This document shows positions 19,287-30,025 of a DNA stretch of 32,000 nucleotides, one piece after another. This stretch comes from Bacillus subtilis subsp. subtilis str. 168. GTDB lineage: Bacteria > Bacillota > Bacilli > Bacillales > Bacillaceae. The notes beneath the pieces are model-generated. The model was not told where the DNA came from, did no database searches, and worked only from the letters and a program-made list of their open reading frames with translations. The stretch is taken from NCBI RefSeq assembly GCF_000009045.1, contig NC_000964.3, positions 1,440,001 to 1,472,000 of the forward strand, given 5' to 3'. Every line of letters begins with the position of its first letter. Within the stretch, counting starts at the first letter, position 1. A program made the position numbers and the translations under genes.

Positions 19287-19383
19287 GGGTGTTAGTACGC
19301 CGTGCTTGTCAGATGACAAGTACGGTTGTATGATATAATATTGTGAAGTAATAAAGCTTTAAGTTAAAAGGAGAATGATAAAA

Positions 19384-19650
19384 ATGGCACAAAAAACATT
19401 TAAAGTAACTGCAGATTCTGGAATCCATGCTCGTCCTGCGACAGTTCTTGTACAAACTGCTAGCAAATACGACGCTGACGTTAATTTAGAATATAACGGC
19501 AAAACAGTTAACCTTAAATCTATTATGGGTGTTATGTCTTTAGGTATCGCTAAAGGCGCTGAGATCACAATCTCTGCTTCCGGAGCTGACGAAAACGATG
19601 CTCTTAACGCTTTAGAAGAAACAATGAAAAGCGAAGGACTCGGCGAGTAA
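19384..19650 (+). CDS. ptsH: PTS phosphocarrier HPr
   Basis: 88 aa [24 protein letters not shown]; His15 and Ser46 regions. Confidence 0.98.
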   Translation: MAQKTFKVTADSGIHARPATVLVQTASKYDADVNLEYNGKTVNLKSIMGVMSLGIAKGAEITISASGADENDALNALEETMKSEGLGE

Positions 19651-21362
19651 TGCAAGAATTAAAAGGGATTGGTGCTTCAGCCGGCATCGCGATTGCAAAA
19701 GCGTACCGGCTTGAAGAGCCAGATTTAACGGTTGAAAAGAAAAACATCTCTGATTCTGAAGCGGAAGTAAGCCGTTTTGATGAAGCGATTGCACGTTCAA
19801 AAGAAGAGCTCGAAAAAATCAAAGAGCACGCTTTGAAAGAACTGGGTCAGGATAAAGCTGATATTTTTTCTGCTCACCTTTTAGTTCTCAGTGACCCTGA
19901 GCTTCTGAACCCTGTGAAAGAAAAAATCAGCACTGATTCAGTGAACGCTGAATTCGCTTTAAAAGAAACGTCTTCTATGTTCGTTACTATGTTTGAATCT
20001 ATGGACAACGAATATATGAAAGAGCGTGCGGCAGATATCCGCGATGTAACAAAACGCGTAACCGGCCACCTGCTTGGCGTCGAAATTCCAAACCCAAGCA
20101 TGATCTCAGAAGAGGTTATTATTGTAGCTGAAGACTTAACACCGTCTGACACAGCTCAATTAAACCGTGAGTTCGTAAAAGGATTCACTACTGATATCGG
20201 CGGACGCACATCTCACTCTGCCATCATGGCACGTTCTCTTGAGATTCCAGCAGTTGTTGGAACGAAAGCTGCTACAGGCACGATCCAAAACGGCGTGACT
20301 GTTATCGTTGACGGTATCAATGGCGATGTCATTATTGACCCATCTGCGGAAACTGTAAAAGAGTATGAAGAAAAACATAATGCTTATTTGGCTCAAAAAG
20401 CTGAGTGGGCGAAGCTTGTCAATGAACCGACTGTCTCAAAAGACGGACATCATGTAGAGCTTGCAGCGAACATCGGTACTCCTGATGATGTAAAAGGTGT
20501 TCTTGAAAACGGCGGAGAAGCAGTTGGCCTTTACCGTACAGAATTCCTTTACATGGGAAGAGATCAGCTGCCTACAGAAGATGAGCAGTTTGATGCTTAC
20601 AAAACGGTTCTTGAGCGTATGGAAGGAAAATCAGTCGTCGTGCGGACACTTGATATCGGCGGAGACAAAGAGCTTCCTTACCTGCAGCTTCCTAAAGAAA
20701 TGAACCCGTTCCTGGGATATAGAGCGATTCGTCTTTGCCTTGAAGAGCAAGAAATCTTCAGAACACAGCTTCGCGCGCTGCTTCGTGCAAGTACATACGG
20801 AAACTTGAAAATCATGTTCCCTATGATTGCGACAGTTAACGAATTCAAAGAAGCAAAAGCGATCCTTCTTGAAGAGAAAGAAAAGCTCGTAAAAGCGGGA
20901 CAGGCTGTATCTGACGATATTGAAGTCGGAATGATGGTTGAGATTCCGTCAACTGCAGTCATCGCTGATCAGTTTGCTAAAGAGGTTGATTTCTTCAGTA
21001 TCGGAACAAACGATTTGATTCAATACACAATGGCAGCTGACCGTATGAATGAACGTGTATCTTACCTGTATCAGCCATACAACCCGGCAATCCTTCGCTT
21101 AATTACACTGGTAATTGAAGCAGCACACAAAGAAGGAAAATGGGTTGGCATGTGCGGAGAAATGGCAGGAGACGAGATTGCGATTCCGATCCTTCTCGGC
21201 TTAGGCTTAGATGAGTTCTCAATGAGCGCAACGTCTATCCTTCCGGCAAGAACACAAATCAGCAAATTGTCTAAACAAGAAGCTGAGTCATTCAAAGAGA
21301 AAATCTTATCTATGAGCACGACAGAAGAAGTTGTCGCGTTCGTAAAAGAAACATTCAAGTAA
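19650..21362 (+). CDS. ptsI: PTS enzyme I
   Basis: 570 aa; [21 protein letters not shown]; overlaps ptsH stop. Confidence 0.98.
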   Translation: MQELKGIGASAGIAIAKAYRLEEPDLTVEKKNISDSEAEVSRFDEAIARSKEELEKIKEHALKELGQDKADIFSAHLLVLSDPELLNPVKEKISTDSVNAEFALKETSSMFVTMFESMDNEYMKERAADIRDVTKRVTGHLLGVEIPNPSMISEEVIIVAEDLTPSDTAQLNREFVKGFTTDIGGRTSHSAIMARSLEIPAVVGTKAATGTIQNGVTVIVDGINGDVIIDPSAETVKEYEEKHNAYLAQKAEWAKLVNEPTVSKDGHHVELAANIGTPDDVKGVLENGGEAVGLYRTEFLYMGRDQLPTEDEQFDAYKTVLERMEGKSVVVRTLDIGGDKELPYLQLPKEMNPFLGYRAIRLCLEEQEIFRTQLRALLRASTYGNLKIMFPMIATVNEFKEAKAILLEEKEKLVKAGQAVSDDIEVGMMVEIPSTAVIADQFAKEVDFFSIGTNDLIQYTMAADRMNERVSYLYQPYNPAILRLITLVIEAAHKEGKWVGMCGEMAGDEIAIPILLGLGLDEFSMSATSILPARTQISKLSKQEAESFKEKILSMSTTEEVVAFVKETFK

Positions 21363-21366
21363 TGTA

Positions 21367-21394
21367 CAAAAACCAGACGGCCTCCGGCCTGTCT
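21367..21394 (+). terminator. ptsI terminator AAAAACCAGAC..GTCTGGTTTTTTT
   Basis: Stem-loop and T-run. Confidence 0.9.
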
Positions 21395-21452
21395 GGTTTT
21401 TTTCATAAGTAAGGGTATAGAAGGACACAATAACATGGCTAGGAGGGATAGT

Positions 21453-21692
21453 ATGTCAAACCAATTTAACGCAGGAGATACTGTTTATGTGATCTACAGA
21501 AATCCGCACGCCGCCAATGTAGCCCACATAAAGGAAGCCGAAATTGTGCACCATCCATACCATGAAGGCGAGCTTTCCCTGTTTATTTATGAAACCTATC
21601 ATCCATTCGCAGAGGACGATGCTGTGTTTGCAAGCTATGAAGAAGCTAAATCGCTTTACAAAGAACTGTTTGATATTGATCCGTATGAGTAA
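21453..21692 (+). CDS. splA: Transcriptional regulator of spore photoproduct lyase operon (SplA)
   Basis: 79 aa MSNQFNAGDTVYVIYRNPHAANVAHIKEAEIV; upstream of splB. Confidence 0.92.
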   Translation: MSNQFNAGDTVYVIYRNPHAANVAHIKEAEIVHHPYHEGELSLFIYETYHPFAEDDAVFASYEEAKSLYKELFDIDPYE

Positions 21693-21769
21693 CAAGGAAA
21701 TCATTACAACTCATATCCTTTCCGCCTAGTGAGAAAAGTAACGTTAGTAAAGGAAAAGGATGTGGCATC

Positions 21770-22798
21770 ATGCAGAACCCATTTGTTCCGCAGCTTGTGT
21801 ATATAGAACCGAGGGCGCTGGAATATCCGCTGGGCCAAGAATTACAAGATAAATTTGAGAATATGGGTATTGAAATCAGAGAAACGACATCCCACAATCA
21901 GGTGCGTAATATCCCTGGGAAAAATCATCTTCAGCAATATCGCAATGCGAAATCAACTTTAGTTATCGGTGTCCGGAAAACATTAAAGTTTGATTCATCC
22001 AAACCCTCGGCCGAATATGCCATTCCGTTTGCAACAGGCTGCATGGGGCATTGTCATTACTGCTACCTGCAAACAACCATGGGATCAAAGCCGTATATCA
22101 GAACTTATGTAAACGTCGAAGAGATTTTAGATCAGGCAGATAAGTATATGAAGGAGCGCGCACCAGAGTTCACAAGGTTCGAAGCATCATGTACGTCAGA
22201 CATTGTAGGAATTGATCATCTGACACACACGCTGAAGCGCGCCATTGAACATTTTGGCCAAAGTGATCTCGGAAAGCTCCGATTTGTAACGAAATTTCAT
22301 CATGTCGATCACCTATTAGACGCAAAGCATAACGGGAAAACGAGATTCAGATTCAGTATTAATGCCGACTATGTGATTAAAAACTTTGAGCCGGGAACTT
22401 CACCTCTTGATAAGCGGATAGAAGCGGCAGTAAAAGTTGCAAAAGCAGGCTACCCGCTAGGCTTTATTGTTGCTCCGATTTATATTCATGAAGGCTGGGA
22501 AGAAGGATACAGACATCTGTTTGAAAAGCTAGATGCTGCTTTGCCGCAGGACGTTAGACATGACATTACGTTTGAATTAATTCAACACCGTTTTACAAAA
22601 CCGGCCAAACGAGTGATAGAGAAAAATTATCCGAAGACGAAGCTCGAATTAGATGAAGAAAAGCGCCGTTATAAATGGGGCCGTTACGGGATCGGAAAAT
22701 ATATTTATCAGAAAGATGAAGAGCATGCACTTCGAGAGGCACTTGAATCCTATATTGATACCTTTTTCCCTAACGCAAAAATTGAATATTTCACTTAA
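21770..22798 (+). CDS. splB: Spore photoproduct lyase (radical SAM)
   Basis: 342 aa; CMGHCHYCYLQT cluster motif. Confidence 0.97.
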   Translation: MQNPFVPQLVYIEPRALEYPLGQELQDKFENMGIEIRETTSHNQVRNIPGKNHLQQYRNAKSTLVIGVRKTLKFDSSKPSAEYAIPFATGCMGHCHYCYLQTTMGSKPYIRTYVNVEEILDQADKYMKERAPEFTRFEASCTSDIVGIDHLTHTLKRAIEHFGQSDLGKLRFVTKFHHVDHLLDAKHNGKTRFRFSINADYVIKNFEPGTSPLDKRIEAAVKVAKAGYPLGFIVAPIYIHEGWEEGYRHLFEKLDAALPQDVRHDITFELIQHRFTKPAKRVIEKNYPKTKLELDEEKRRYKWGRYGIGKYIYQKDEEHALREALESYIDTFFPNAKIEYFT

Positions 22799-22832
22799 AC
22801 GGGCTGTTGTGATCAACAGCTCGCTTTTTTAT
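22796..22832 (+). terminator. splB terminator GGGCTGTTG tgat CAACAGCTCGCTTTTTT
   Basis: Stem-loop and T-run; overlaps the ykwB C-terminal codons. Confidence 0.85.
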
Positions 22833-23496
22833 AAAAAACATTTTTCCATTCCATCAAAACGCCGTAATTCAATGATTCTTTATCCTCCAAATAATTGCTG
22901 ACTACACGAATAGGTGAACGCCCGCAACGGAGGAGAAAGGACAGCACAGGGTCGTTTTTCCTGCCTTCCATCACATCTTCAACGTACTGAACAGCGCTGA
23001 TCTCGTGTGCGTATTTATAATACAAAGGAATGCGGCCGCCGCCGAGAAGGCGTTCCAGTCTTTTATCAACAGTCAGCTCATACATCGTATTCATCAGCCA
23101 TTTTCCGATTCCAAGCTTTCGATAATGAGGAGAAACAGAAATATCCACTACATATAAAGTATTTCCATGAGGTTCATGATTTTTAATCGATCCGTTGTCA
23201 GTTGCTTGTGCCCATGTATGATCAGGAGAATCAGGCTCAAATTGTACAATAAGAGCAGTCATGGAACCGATAATTCTGCCATTGATGAGCGCGCATAAAG
23301 CGCCTTCCGGAAAGGTTTTGATATGGCTGGCAAGCTGGTCCTCTGACCACAGCAATTCCTGGGGAAACGGAGGAGGGAAACATTCTTCTTGAAGAGAAAT
23401 CAGCCTCTCGATGTCAGTCTCAGTGTAGTTTCTAATGGTCAGAGCCTCAAATTTTCTGCCGTCATGCACATACATTTGTTTTAGTATGATCATCAC
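22813..23496 (-). CDS. ykwB: GNAT-family N-acetyltransferase (YkwB)
   Basis: 227 aa; DISVSPHYRKLGIGKWLMNTMYEL acetyl-CoA binding motif. Confidence 0.88.
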   Translation of the reverse strand: MMIILKQMYVHDGRKFEALTIRNYTETDIERLISLQEECFPPPFPQELLWSEDQLASHIKTFPEGALCALINGRIIGSMTALIVQFEPDSPDHTWAQATDNGSIKNHEPHGNTLYVVDISVSPHYRKLGIGKWLMNTMYELTVDKRLERLLGGGRIPLYYKYAHEISAVQYVEDVMEGRKNDPVLSFLLRCGRSPIRVVSNYLEDKESLNYGVLMEWKNVFYKKASC

Positions 23497-23598
23497 TCTC
23501 CTTATGTTGTTTCATTATAACGAAGATTGAATTTTCAGTAAATATATTCCGATTTTCTTATAATTTATTTTTTGATTATTCATTTTTCAAACGAAAGG

Positions 23599-23606
23599 GC
23601 CGATAT
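23599..23606 (+). promoter_or_regulatory. Possible sigma-D -10 element (GCCGATAT) of mcpC
   Basis: Exact GCCGATAT; the -35 at the expected spacing is weak. Confidence 0.5.
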
Positions 23607-23627
23607 AGAAATTAGGAGGGGATTGGT

Positions 23628-25595
23628 TTGTTTAAAAAACTTCACATGAAGATTGCTGTTTTTGTTTCGATTATGTTAATCATCACAGTTGTTCTCTTAA
23701 TGCTGTCTTCTTATTTGACGCTAAAACCGATGATTACAGAGGATGGGAAAAATACAACTCAAAACGTGACGCAGTCACTTGAACAAAATATTGAATTGCA
23801 ATTAAAGAGTTATGCCATTTCGTTATCAAGATTGGCTAATGGGGAATTAACGCATACATTTGTAACGAAACCAAGTAAAGAAGCTTCTCGGCTGTTTCAC
23901 GATGACATTAAGCAAATCAAAGACAACGATGATTATGTTGCGATGGCTTACATAGGCACCGCAAAAAAAGAAATGTTTACATATCCAAAAGCGGATTTCG
24001 CTGAGGATTACGATCCAACATCAAGACCATGGTATAAGCTTGCAGCTGAAACCCCGGATCAAGTTGTTTGGACGGAACCTTATAAAGATGTCGTGACAGG
24101 AGACATGATTGTTACTGCATCGAAAGCGATCTTAGACAGGCAAAAAGTGATAGGGGTTGCCAGCTATGACTTGAAACTCTCTGCTATCCAGAGTATGGTC
24201 AATAAACAAAAGGTGCCTTACAAAGGATTTGCCTTTTTAGCTGATGCGAGCGGCAATCTTTTAGCCCATCCGTCAAATCAAGGAAAAAATATATCAAAGG
24301 ATCAAACACTGCAAACCATCGCATCCGAGAAAAAAGGGATACAAGATGTGAATGGGAAAATGGTTGTGTACCAAACGATTGGCGAGACAGGCTGGAAGGT
24401 CGGAACGCAATTTGATACCGATCAATTAATGTGGATTTCAGATAAAATGAATCGGGCCAATCTTTGGATATCATTGATTGCGCTTATCATAACAATTATT
24501 CTCAGCTACTTCCTGGCCAAAACGATAACCGGTCCGATACAGCAGCTGATCGTAAAAACGAAAGCTGTTTCCGCAGGCGATTTAACAGTGCGCGCGGAAT
24601 CAAAATCTAAGGATGAAGTCGGTATTTTAACAAGAGATTTCAATCTGATGGTTGAAAATATGAAGGAAATGGTTGAGCAAGTGAGACTCTCTTCAGGGAA
24701 AGTATCTGACACCTCTGAACAACTAACGGCTGTGGCTGCCGAAACTAATGAAACAAGCGGACAAATTGCAAAAGCGATTGAAGAAGTAGCCGCAGGGGCA
24801 TCGGAACAGGCTTCTGAAGTTGAAACCATTAATGAAAAATCGGAAAGCCTGTCAACGAAAATCAGGCAAATCGCTGAGGAGGCAGGCGGAATTAAAGAAC
24901 GCTCAAAATCGTCCGAGGATGCAAGCTATAAAGGACTTGACGCGCTCGGCCAGCTGCTGATGAAATCAAACGAAGCCAATATGGAAACGAAAAAGGTTGA
25001 AACGATGCTGCTGGATTTGGAAAATCAAACTAAGAATATTGAAGAAGTCGTTACAGCGATTTCAAACATATCTGATCAAACCAACTTGCTTGCCTTAAAT
25101 GCCAGTATTGAGGCAGCCAGAGCCGGAGAAAGCGGGCGCGGTTTTGCCGTCGTAGCCGATGAAGTGCGGAAGTTAGCTGAGCAATCAGCCCTTTCTACAA
25201 AGCATATCAGCGAGACTGTGAAGCTTATCCAGCTTGAGACAAAAGAGGCCTCTCACGCGATGGTTGAGGCAAGCAGAATGAATGATGAACAAAACAGTGC
25301 AATTCACGAAACTGGAGAGGTATTAAATACGATAACTGCAGAAATGCAGTCACTGGTACAAGGTATTGATCACATTTACGCGGAAATTCAAAGAATGAGT
25401 GAAGAACAGCTTGCGATTTCTGAAGCCATTCAAAGCATTTCAGCCATATCACAGGAATCAGCTGCCGCAGCAGAGGAAGTGAACGCATCAACCGATGAAC
25501 AGCTTGTCACCCTTGATAAAGTCAAACACTCAACGGAAACACTAAAACATGCAAGCCAAGAGCTTATGAACACAATTGCAAAATTCACATTGTAA
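23628..25595 (+). CDS. mcpC: Methyl-accepting chemotaxis protein McpC
   Basis: 655 aa; two TMs flanking dCache-like sensor, HAMP, signalling hairpin [43 protein letters not shown]. Confidence 0.93.
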   Translation: MFKKLHMKIAVFVSIMLIITVVLLMLSSYLTLKPMITEDGKNTTQNVTQSLEQNIELQLKSYAISLSRLANGELTHTFVTKPSKEASRLFHDDIKQIKDNDDYVAMAYIGTAKKEMFTYPKADFAEDYDPTSRPWYKLAAETPDQVVWTEPYKDVVTGDMIVTASKAILDRQKVIGVASYDLKLSAIQSMVNKQKVPYKGFAFLADASGNLLAHPSNQGKNISKDQTLQTIASEKKGIQDVNGKMVVYQTIGETGWKVGTQFDTDQLMWISDKMNRANLWISLIALIITIILSYFLAKTITGPIQQLIVKTKAVSAGDLTVRAESKSKDEVGILTRDFNLMVENMKEMVEQVRLSSGKVSDTSEQLTAVAAETNETSGQIAKAIEEVAAGASEQASEVETINEKSESLSTKIRQIAEEAGGIKERSKSSEDASYKGLDALGQLLMKSNEANMETKKVETMLLDLENQTKNIEEVVTAISNISDQTNLLALNASIEAARAGESGRGFAVVADEVRKLAEQSALSTKHISETVKLIQLETKEASHAMVEASRMNDEQNSAIHETGEVLNTITAEMQSLVQGIDHIYAEIQRMSEEQLAISEAIQSISAISQESAAAAEEVNASTDEQLVTLDKVKHSTETLKHASQELMNTIAKFTL

Positions 25596-25603
25596 TCCAA
25601 TTA

Positions 25604-25638
25604 CATCCCCAAACATCATTTGTTTTGGGGATTTTTTA
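25604..25638 (+). terminator. mcpC terminator CCCCAAA..TTTTGGGGATTTTTT
   Basis: Stem-loop and T-run. Confidence 0.85.
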
Positions 25639-25732
25639 TTTTATAAGATGAATAGATATGGTAGTCTAGAAAATGAAGGAAAAATGATAAATTTTAACTA
25701 AAATCTAAACGAAACATCTGGGAGGAATGACC

Positions 25733-26599
25733 TTGAAAAAAACAATTGGTTTTATCGGTCTTGGAGTAATGGGAAAAAGCATGGCATCACATATTCTCAA
25801 TGACGGCCATCCTGTATTGGTGTACACCCGGACAAAAGAAAAAGCAGAAAGCATACTTCAAAAAGGCGCGATCTGGAAAGATACGGTCAAAGATCTTTCG
25901 AAAGAAGCGGATGTTATCATCACAATGGTCGGCTATCCCAGTGATGTTGAAGAAGTGTATTTCGGAAGCAATGGAATTATTGAAAACGCAAAAGAAGGTG
26001 CATATCTTATTGATATGACGACATCTAAGCCTTCGCTTGCGAAGAAGATTGCTGAAGCGGCCAAAGAAAAAGCATTGTTCGCTTTAGACGCTCCTGTTTC
26101 CGGTGGAGACATCGGTGCACAAAACGGAACACTCGCGATTATGGTCGGTGGAGAAAAAGAAGCTTTTGAAGCCTGCATGCCGATTTTCTCTTTAATGGGA
26201 GAGAATATTCAGTATCAAGGACCGGCTGGAAGCGGACAGCATACCAAGATGTGCAATCAGATTGCAATTGCAGCCGGTATGATCGGTGTTGCTGAAGCGA
26301 TGGCTTATGCCCAAAAATCAGGCCTAGAGCCGGAAAATGTTCTGAAAAGCATCACAACGGGCGCAGCCGGAAGCTGGTCATTGTCAAATCTTGCTCCCCG
26401 TATGCTGCAAGGCAACTTTGAACCGGGATTTTATGTGAAGCATTTTATTAAGGATATGGGAATTGCACTAGAGGAAGCAGAATTAATGGGGGAAGAAATG
26501 CCAGGCTTGTCGCTCGCAAAATCTTTATATGACAAGCTAGCTGCTCAAGGTGAAGAAAACAGCGGAACACAGAGTATATATAAGCTTTGGGTGAAATAA
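25733..26599 (+). CDS. ykwC: Beta-hydroxyacid dehydrogenase family protein (YkwC)
   Basis: 288 aa from TTG (MKKTIGFIGLGVMGKSMASHIL) after GGGAGGAATGACC; Rossmann motif, DAPVSGGDIGAQNGTL. Confidence 0.9.
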   Translation: MKKTIGFIGLGVMGKSMASHILNDGHPVLVYTRTKEKAESILQKGAIWKDTVKDLSKEADVIITMVGYPSDVEEVYFGSNGIIENAKEGAYLIDMTTSKPSLAKKIAEAAKEKALFALDAPVSGGDIGAQNGTLAIMVGGEKEAFEACMPIFSLMGENIQYQGPAGSGQHTKMCNQIAIAAGMIGVAEAMAYAQKSGLEPENVLKSITTGAAGSWSLSNLAPRMLQGNFEPGFYVKHFIKDMGIALEEAELMGEEMPGLSLAKSLYDKLAAQGEENSGTQSIYKLWVK

Positions 26600-26640
26600 A
26601 AAAAGATTGCCTGTACGAAACAGGCAATCTTTTTTTATTA
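26600..26640. terminator. Bidirectional terminator between convergent ykwC and ykwD (AAAAAAGATTGCCTGT..ACAGGCAATCTTTTTTT)
   Basis: A-run, stem, T-run symmetrical. Confidence 0.9.
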
Positions 26641-27411
26641 TTTTCCGATGAATTGTTGTGTCCAGATGCTTCCAGACTCAACGTAACCAACACCGATGTG
26701 AGTAAAGTTAGGGTTTAGAATGTTTTTTCTGTGTCCTTCACTGTTCATCCAAGCTTTTACTACTTCTTCTGGTGTCTTTTGGCCCTTCGCAATGTTTTCA
26801 CCTGCTGTTTTGTAGCTGATTCCGAAAGATTTCATCATATCAAACGGTGAGCCGTATGTTGGGCTTTGGTGATCAAAGTAGTTTTTGTCTTTCATATCCT
26901 GAGATTTTGCGCGTGCAGATTTGCTTAACGTTTCATCAATTTGAAGCGGTTTTAAGCCTTGTTTTTGTCTTTCTGCATTTGTAAGTTCAACAACTTTTTT
27001 CTCATATGCACTTACAGATGAAGGTGCAGACGTTGTTGTGTTTGTTTTTTCAGCAGTTGCGGGTGCTTTAGAAGCAGTGTTTTGATCAGCAGCTGCTTTT
27101 TCAGTAGTCTTTTGTGCAGGTTTTGCCGTTTCTGTCTTTTGAACATCCTGAACTTTCACGTTAGATTGCTTCGCATGTTTTTGAAGAAGCTGCTTCATCT
27201 CTTTTTCGTTTGCAGCGTTTAACGTTTTGATATTTGTGTTAATATGCAGTTTTTTCACTGCATCGTTAAGTGACATGTTTTGTACTGTGTTCCCCGTTTT
27301 TACTGTAACCACAGGCTGGCAGGAGAGTTCTTTCGCTGATGCTTGCTGTACGCCCCCGAATGTGAATAATCCAACCGCAGCGGCAGCAGATAAAATAAAT
27401 GCTTTCTTCAT
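26638..27411 (-). CDS. ykwD: Secreted CAP/SCP-domain protein (YkwD)
   Basis: 257 aa; signal peptide, LTNAERQKQGLKPL, AGENIAKGQKTPEEVVKAWMNSEGHRKNILNPNFTHIGVGY. Confidence 0.93.
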   Translation of the reverse strand: MKKAFILSAAAAVGLFTFGGVQQASAKELSCQPVVTVKTGNTVQNMSLNDAVKKLHINTNIKTLNAANEKEMKQLLQKHAKQSNVKVQDVQKTETAKPAQKTTEKAAADQNTASKAPATAEKTNTTTSAPSSVSAYEKKVVELTNAERQKQGLKPLQIDETLSKSARAKSQDMKDKNYFDHQSPTYGSPFDMMKSFGISYKTAGENIAKGQKTPEEVVKAWMNSEGHRKNILNPNFTHIGVGYVESGSIWTQQFIGK

Positions 27412-27747
27412 TAGTTCGTAACCTCCTAGAGTTGTTTGTTTCTACAGAAAAATCATAACATAGCTTTTTTGTCATAAAGATTCCAGCACTTTCCTTTGAC
27501 AAATAGAGATTGTCATTTTCGTAAAGTAAATCCGTTGAATCACTAAGAATAAGGGAATCAGCGGTATATATGATTTTATCGTACCGTTACATAGCTTCCT
27601 TTTTTTTGAACCGTTAGTTATATTTTAATGTGTTTTTATATTGACAGCTTTTTTTACTCCTTTTCGCTGTAACAACTATTACAAAGGTGTTACAATTAAT
27701 CTCAGTATATGTAAATATATTGAATGATTTGAGAGGGGTAACCAGAA

Positions 27748-29862
27748 GTGACTGAAATAGGACGTGAACCAAAGAAAAAGAGCAAAGGAAACAGAGCAAT
27801 CAGAATGAACCTTTTTTTCCTAGCTGTCTTTGTTCTATTCACTGCATTAATTTTTAAGCTCGGGGTTGTTCAAATTGTTGAAGGCGAACAGCATGAAGAA
27901 GACGCTGAGAAATCAAATGCAAAAACAGCTTACTATCCTGCGCCTCGCGGGAAGATGTACGACAGAAACCAGAAAGTTGCTGTCGACAACCAGAGCGTTC
28001 CAGAAATTGTGTATGTATCAACATCTAGCACAAAAACAGAAGATAAAATCAAAACAGCGAAGCGGCTTGCTTCTTTCATTCATATTGATACCGAATTTTT
28101 GAAGGAAAGGGATCTTCGTGATTACTGGATCGCAGCTCATCCGAAAAAAGCCGCCGCTCTGCTTAAGGAATCAGAAAGCAATCTGAAAGGAGACCAGGCT
28201 TACAAGCTTCAAATAGAGCGTGTTCCGGATCAAGAATTAAAGGCTATTCAGCAAGATGACGAAGAAATGGAAACTGCTGCGATATATACAAGGTTTTCAA
28301 GCGGAAATGCTTACGAACCTCAAATCGTAAAGGCAATGAATCCAAATAAGAGCAATAGCAATGGAAAAAACGGAGCGCTGCTTGATGAGAAGAAAAACTC
28401 CTCGCAAAGACCAAAAAATGACTTAACATATGATGAAATTTCCATTGTTTCTGAGCATTTAGAAGAACTTCCGGGAATCGATATCGTAAACGATTGGACA
28501 CGAAAATATCCTTATGACAAAACCCTTTATTCTGTTTTCGGGGGCGTCACGACACCTGATCAGGGCCTGCTGAGCGACCGGAAAGATTTCTACTTAACAA
28601 GAGGCTATGCGAATAATGACAGGGTGGGAAAAAGTTATTTAGAGTATCAATATGAAGAATATTTAAATTCGCATAAAGAAAAAGTGGAATACGTAGAAGA
28701 TAATAAAGGAAATGTCGTCAGCCAAAAAACCATTGATAAGGGCAGCAGGGGATACGATCTTCAGCTTTCTTTTGACATGGAGCTTCAGGCAAAGGTAGAA
28801 AAGATCATTGAAGAAGAAGTAAGAAACAGCCGTGCACGCGGAAATTACATGCTTGACAGAGCCTTTGCCGTAATGATGGACCCGAATAACGGCGATATTT
28901 TATCAATGGCAGGGAAAAAGATAGATTTAAAAACCAACAAAATTGAAGATTATGCGATAGGGGCATTTACCACCCAATATGAAATGGGATCAGCAGTAAA
29001 GGGGGCCACCGTGCTAGCCGGCTATCAGGACGGGATCCCGCATTATAAATATTATATCGATGCTCCAATGCTTTTAGGAACGAATCTTATAAAAAAATCT
29101 TATACTAATATGGGAACCATCAATGAATTAACCGCATTGCAAAAAAGTTCAAACGTATATATGTTCAATGTTGCCATGCATATTGCAGGCGTAACATACA
29201 AGCCGCATGGATCTCTCCCGGCTGATCAGAACGATCTACTGAAAATGAGAAACTATTACAGCCAGTTTGGTCTGGGAGTAAAGACAGGTATTGATCTCCC
29301 GCAGGAATCAGCCGGAATGCAAACCACACCTAAAACTGTAGGAGGATTAATTTTAGACTTAGCAATTGGCCAATACGATACATACACACCGCTTCAAATG
29401 GCTCAATACATCTCAGTAATCGCCAATGGTGGCTATCGTGTTCAGCCTAGAATCGTCACAAGTATTCATAAGCCAGGAAAAAAAGACCAGCTGGGTAAGG
29501 CGATTGAACATAGGAAACCTAAAGTACTCAATAAGATTAATAATTCAGAGAGCGATTTGAAACAAGTACAAACAGGCATGAAATTAGTCACTTCTTCAGG
29601 GACAGCAAAAAATACGTTTACAGAAGATGTATCAGGGAAAACGGGAACAGCGGAAACATTTTACTACGGCACGAATCGCAACTGGTGGGGGAAAAAAACA
29701 TACAATCTGACTTTTGTCGGCTATTACCCGTCGAAAAAACCAAAAGTGGCCTTTAGTGTTGTTGTTCCATCAGTAGATGATGATGATAAGATCAATAAAA
29801 TTATTGCCAAAAGAGCTATCCACGCCTACGCAGAGCTCGAAAAAAAACACAGTAAAAAATAA
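27748..29862 (+). CDS. pbpH: Class B penicillin-binding protein (PbpH, YkuA)
   Basis: 704 aa; N-terminal TM, MGSAVKG / SSNVYMFNV transpeptidase motifs, SGKTGTAETF. Confidence 0.93.
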   Translation: MTEIGREPKKKSKGNRAIRMNLFFLAVFVLFTALIFKLGVVQIVEGEQHEEDAEKSNAKTAYYPAPRGKMYDRNQKVAVDNQSVPEIVYVSTSSTKTEDKIKTAKRLASFIHIDTEFLKERDLRDYWIAAHPKKAAALLKESESNLKGDQAYKLQIERVPDQELKAIQQDDEEMETAAIYTRFSSGNAYEPQIVKAMNPNKSNSNGKNGALLDEKKNSSQRPKNDLTYDEISIVSEHLEELPGIDIVNDWTRKYPYDKTLYSVFGGVTTPDQGLLSDRKDFYLTRGYANNDRVGKSYLEYQYEEYLNSHKEKVEYVEDNKGNVVSQKTIDKGSRGYDLQLSFDMELQAKVEKIIEEEVRNSRARGNYMLDRAFAVMMDPNNGDILSMAGKKIDLKTNKIEDYAIGAFTTQYEMGSAVKGATVLAGYQDGIPHYKYYIDAPMLLGTNLIKKSYTNMGTINELTALQKSSNVYMFNVAMHIAGVTYKPHGSLPADQNDLLKMRNYYSQFGLGVKTGIDLPQESAGMQTTPKTVGGLILDLAIGQYDTYTPLQMAQYISVIANGGYRVQPRIVTSIHKPGKKDQLGKAIEHRKPKVLNKINNSESDLKQVQTGMKLVTSSGTAKNTFTEDVSGKTGTAETFYYGTNRNWWGKKTYNLTFVGYYPSKKPKVAFSVVVPSVDDDDKINKIIAKRAIHAYAELEKKHSKK

Positions 29863-29867
29863 AAAAC

Positions 29868-29902
29868 AGGGTGCACAACTAAAAGATTGTGTGCCCTTTC
29901 TT
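29868..29902 (+). terminator. pbpH terminator AGGGTGCACAA..TTGTGTGCCCT
   Basis: Stem-loop followed by TTCTTTT. Confidence 0.75.
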
Positions 29903-29935
29903 TTATTCAAAAATTGACGTTCACCATAAGAATAG

Positions 29936-29962
29936 AAGGAGAATACTCATTTTCTAGCGAAT
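29936..29962 (+). promoter_or_regulatory. Sigma-H-like promoter of kinA (AAGGAGAAT .. GCGAAT)
   Basis: -35 AGGAGAAT and -10 GAAT elements with suitable spacing; kinA is known to be sigma-H transcribed. Confidence 0.7.
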
Positions 29963-30025
29963 CATACTAGGTAAAAGTCAATCTGTATATGTCGAAACAC
30001 GATGATCATGCAAAGGAGGGATTCT

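Noticed and set aside
19359-22000. Several minus-strand ORFs antisense to ptsH, ptsI and splA/splB in the track (19359..19655, 19874..20152, 21071..21436 and others)
   Set aside because: They lie opposite highly conserved genes, show no coherent domains and are best explained as codon-bias shadow ORFs.
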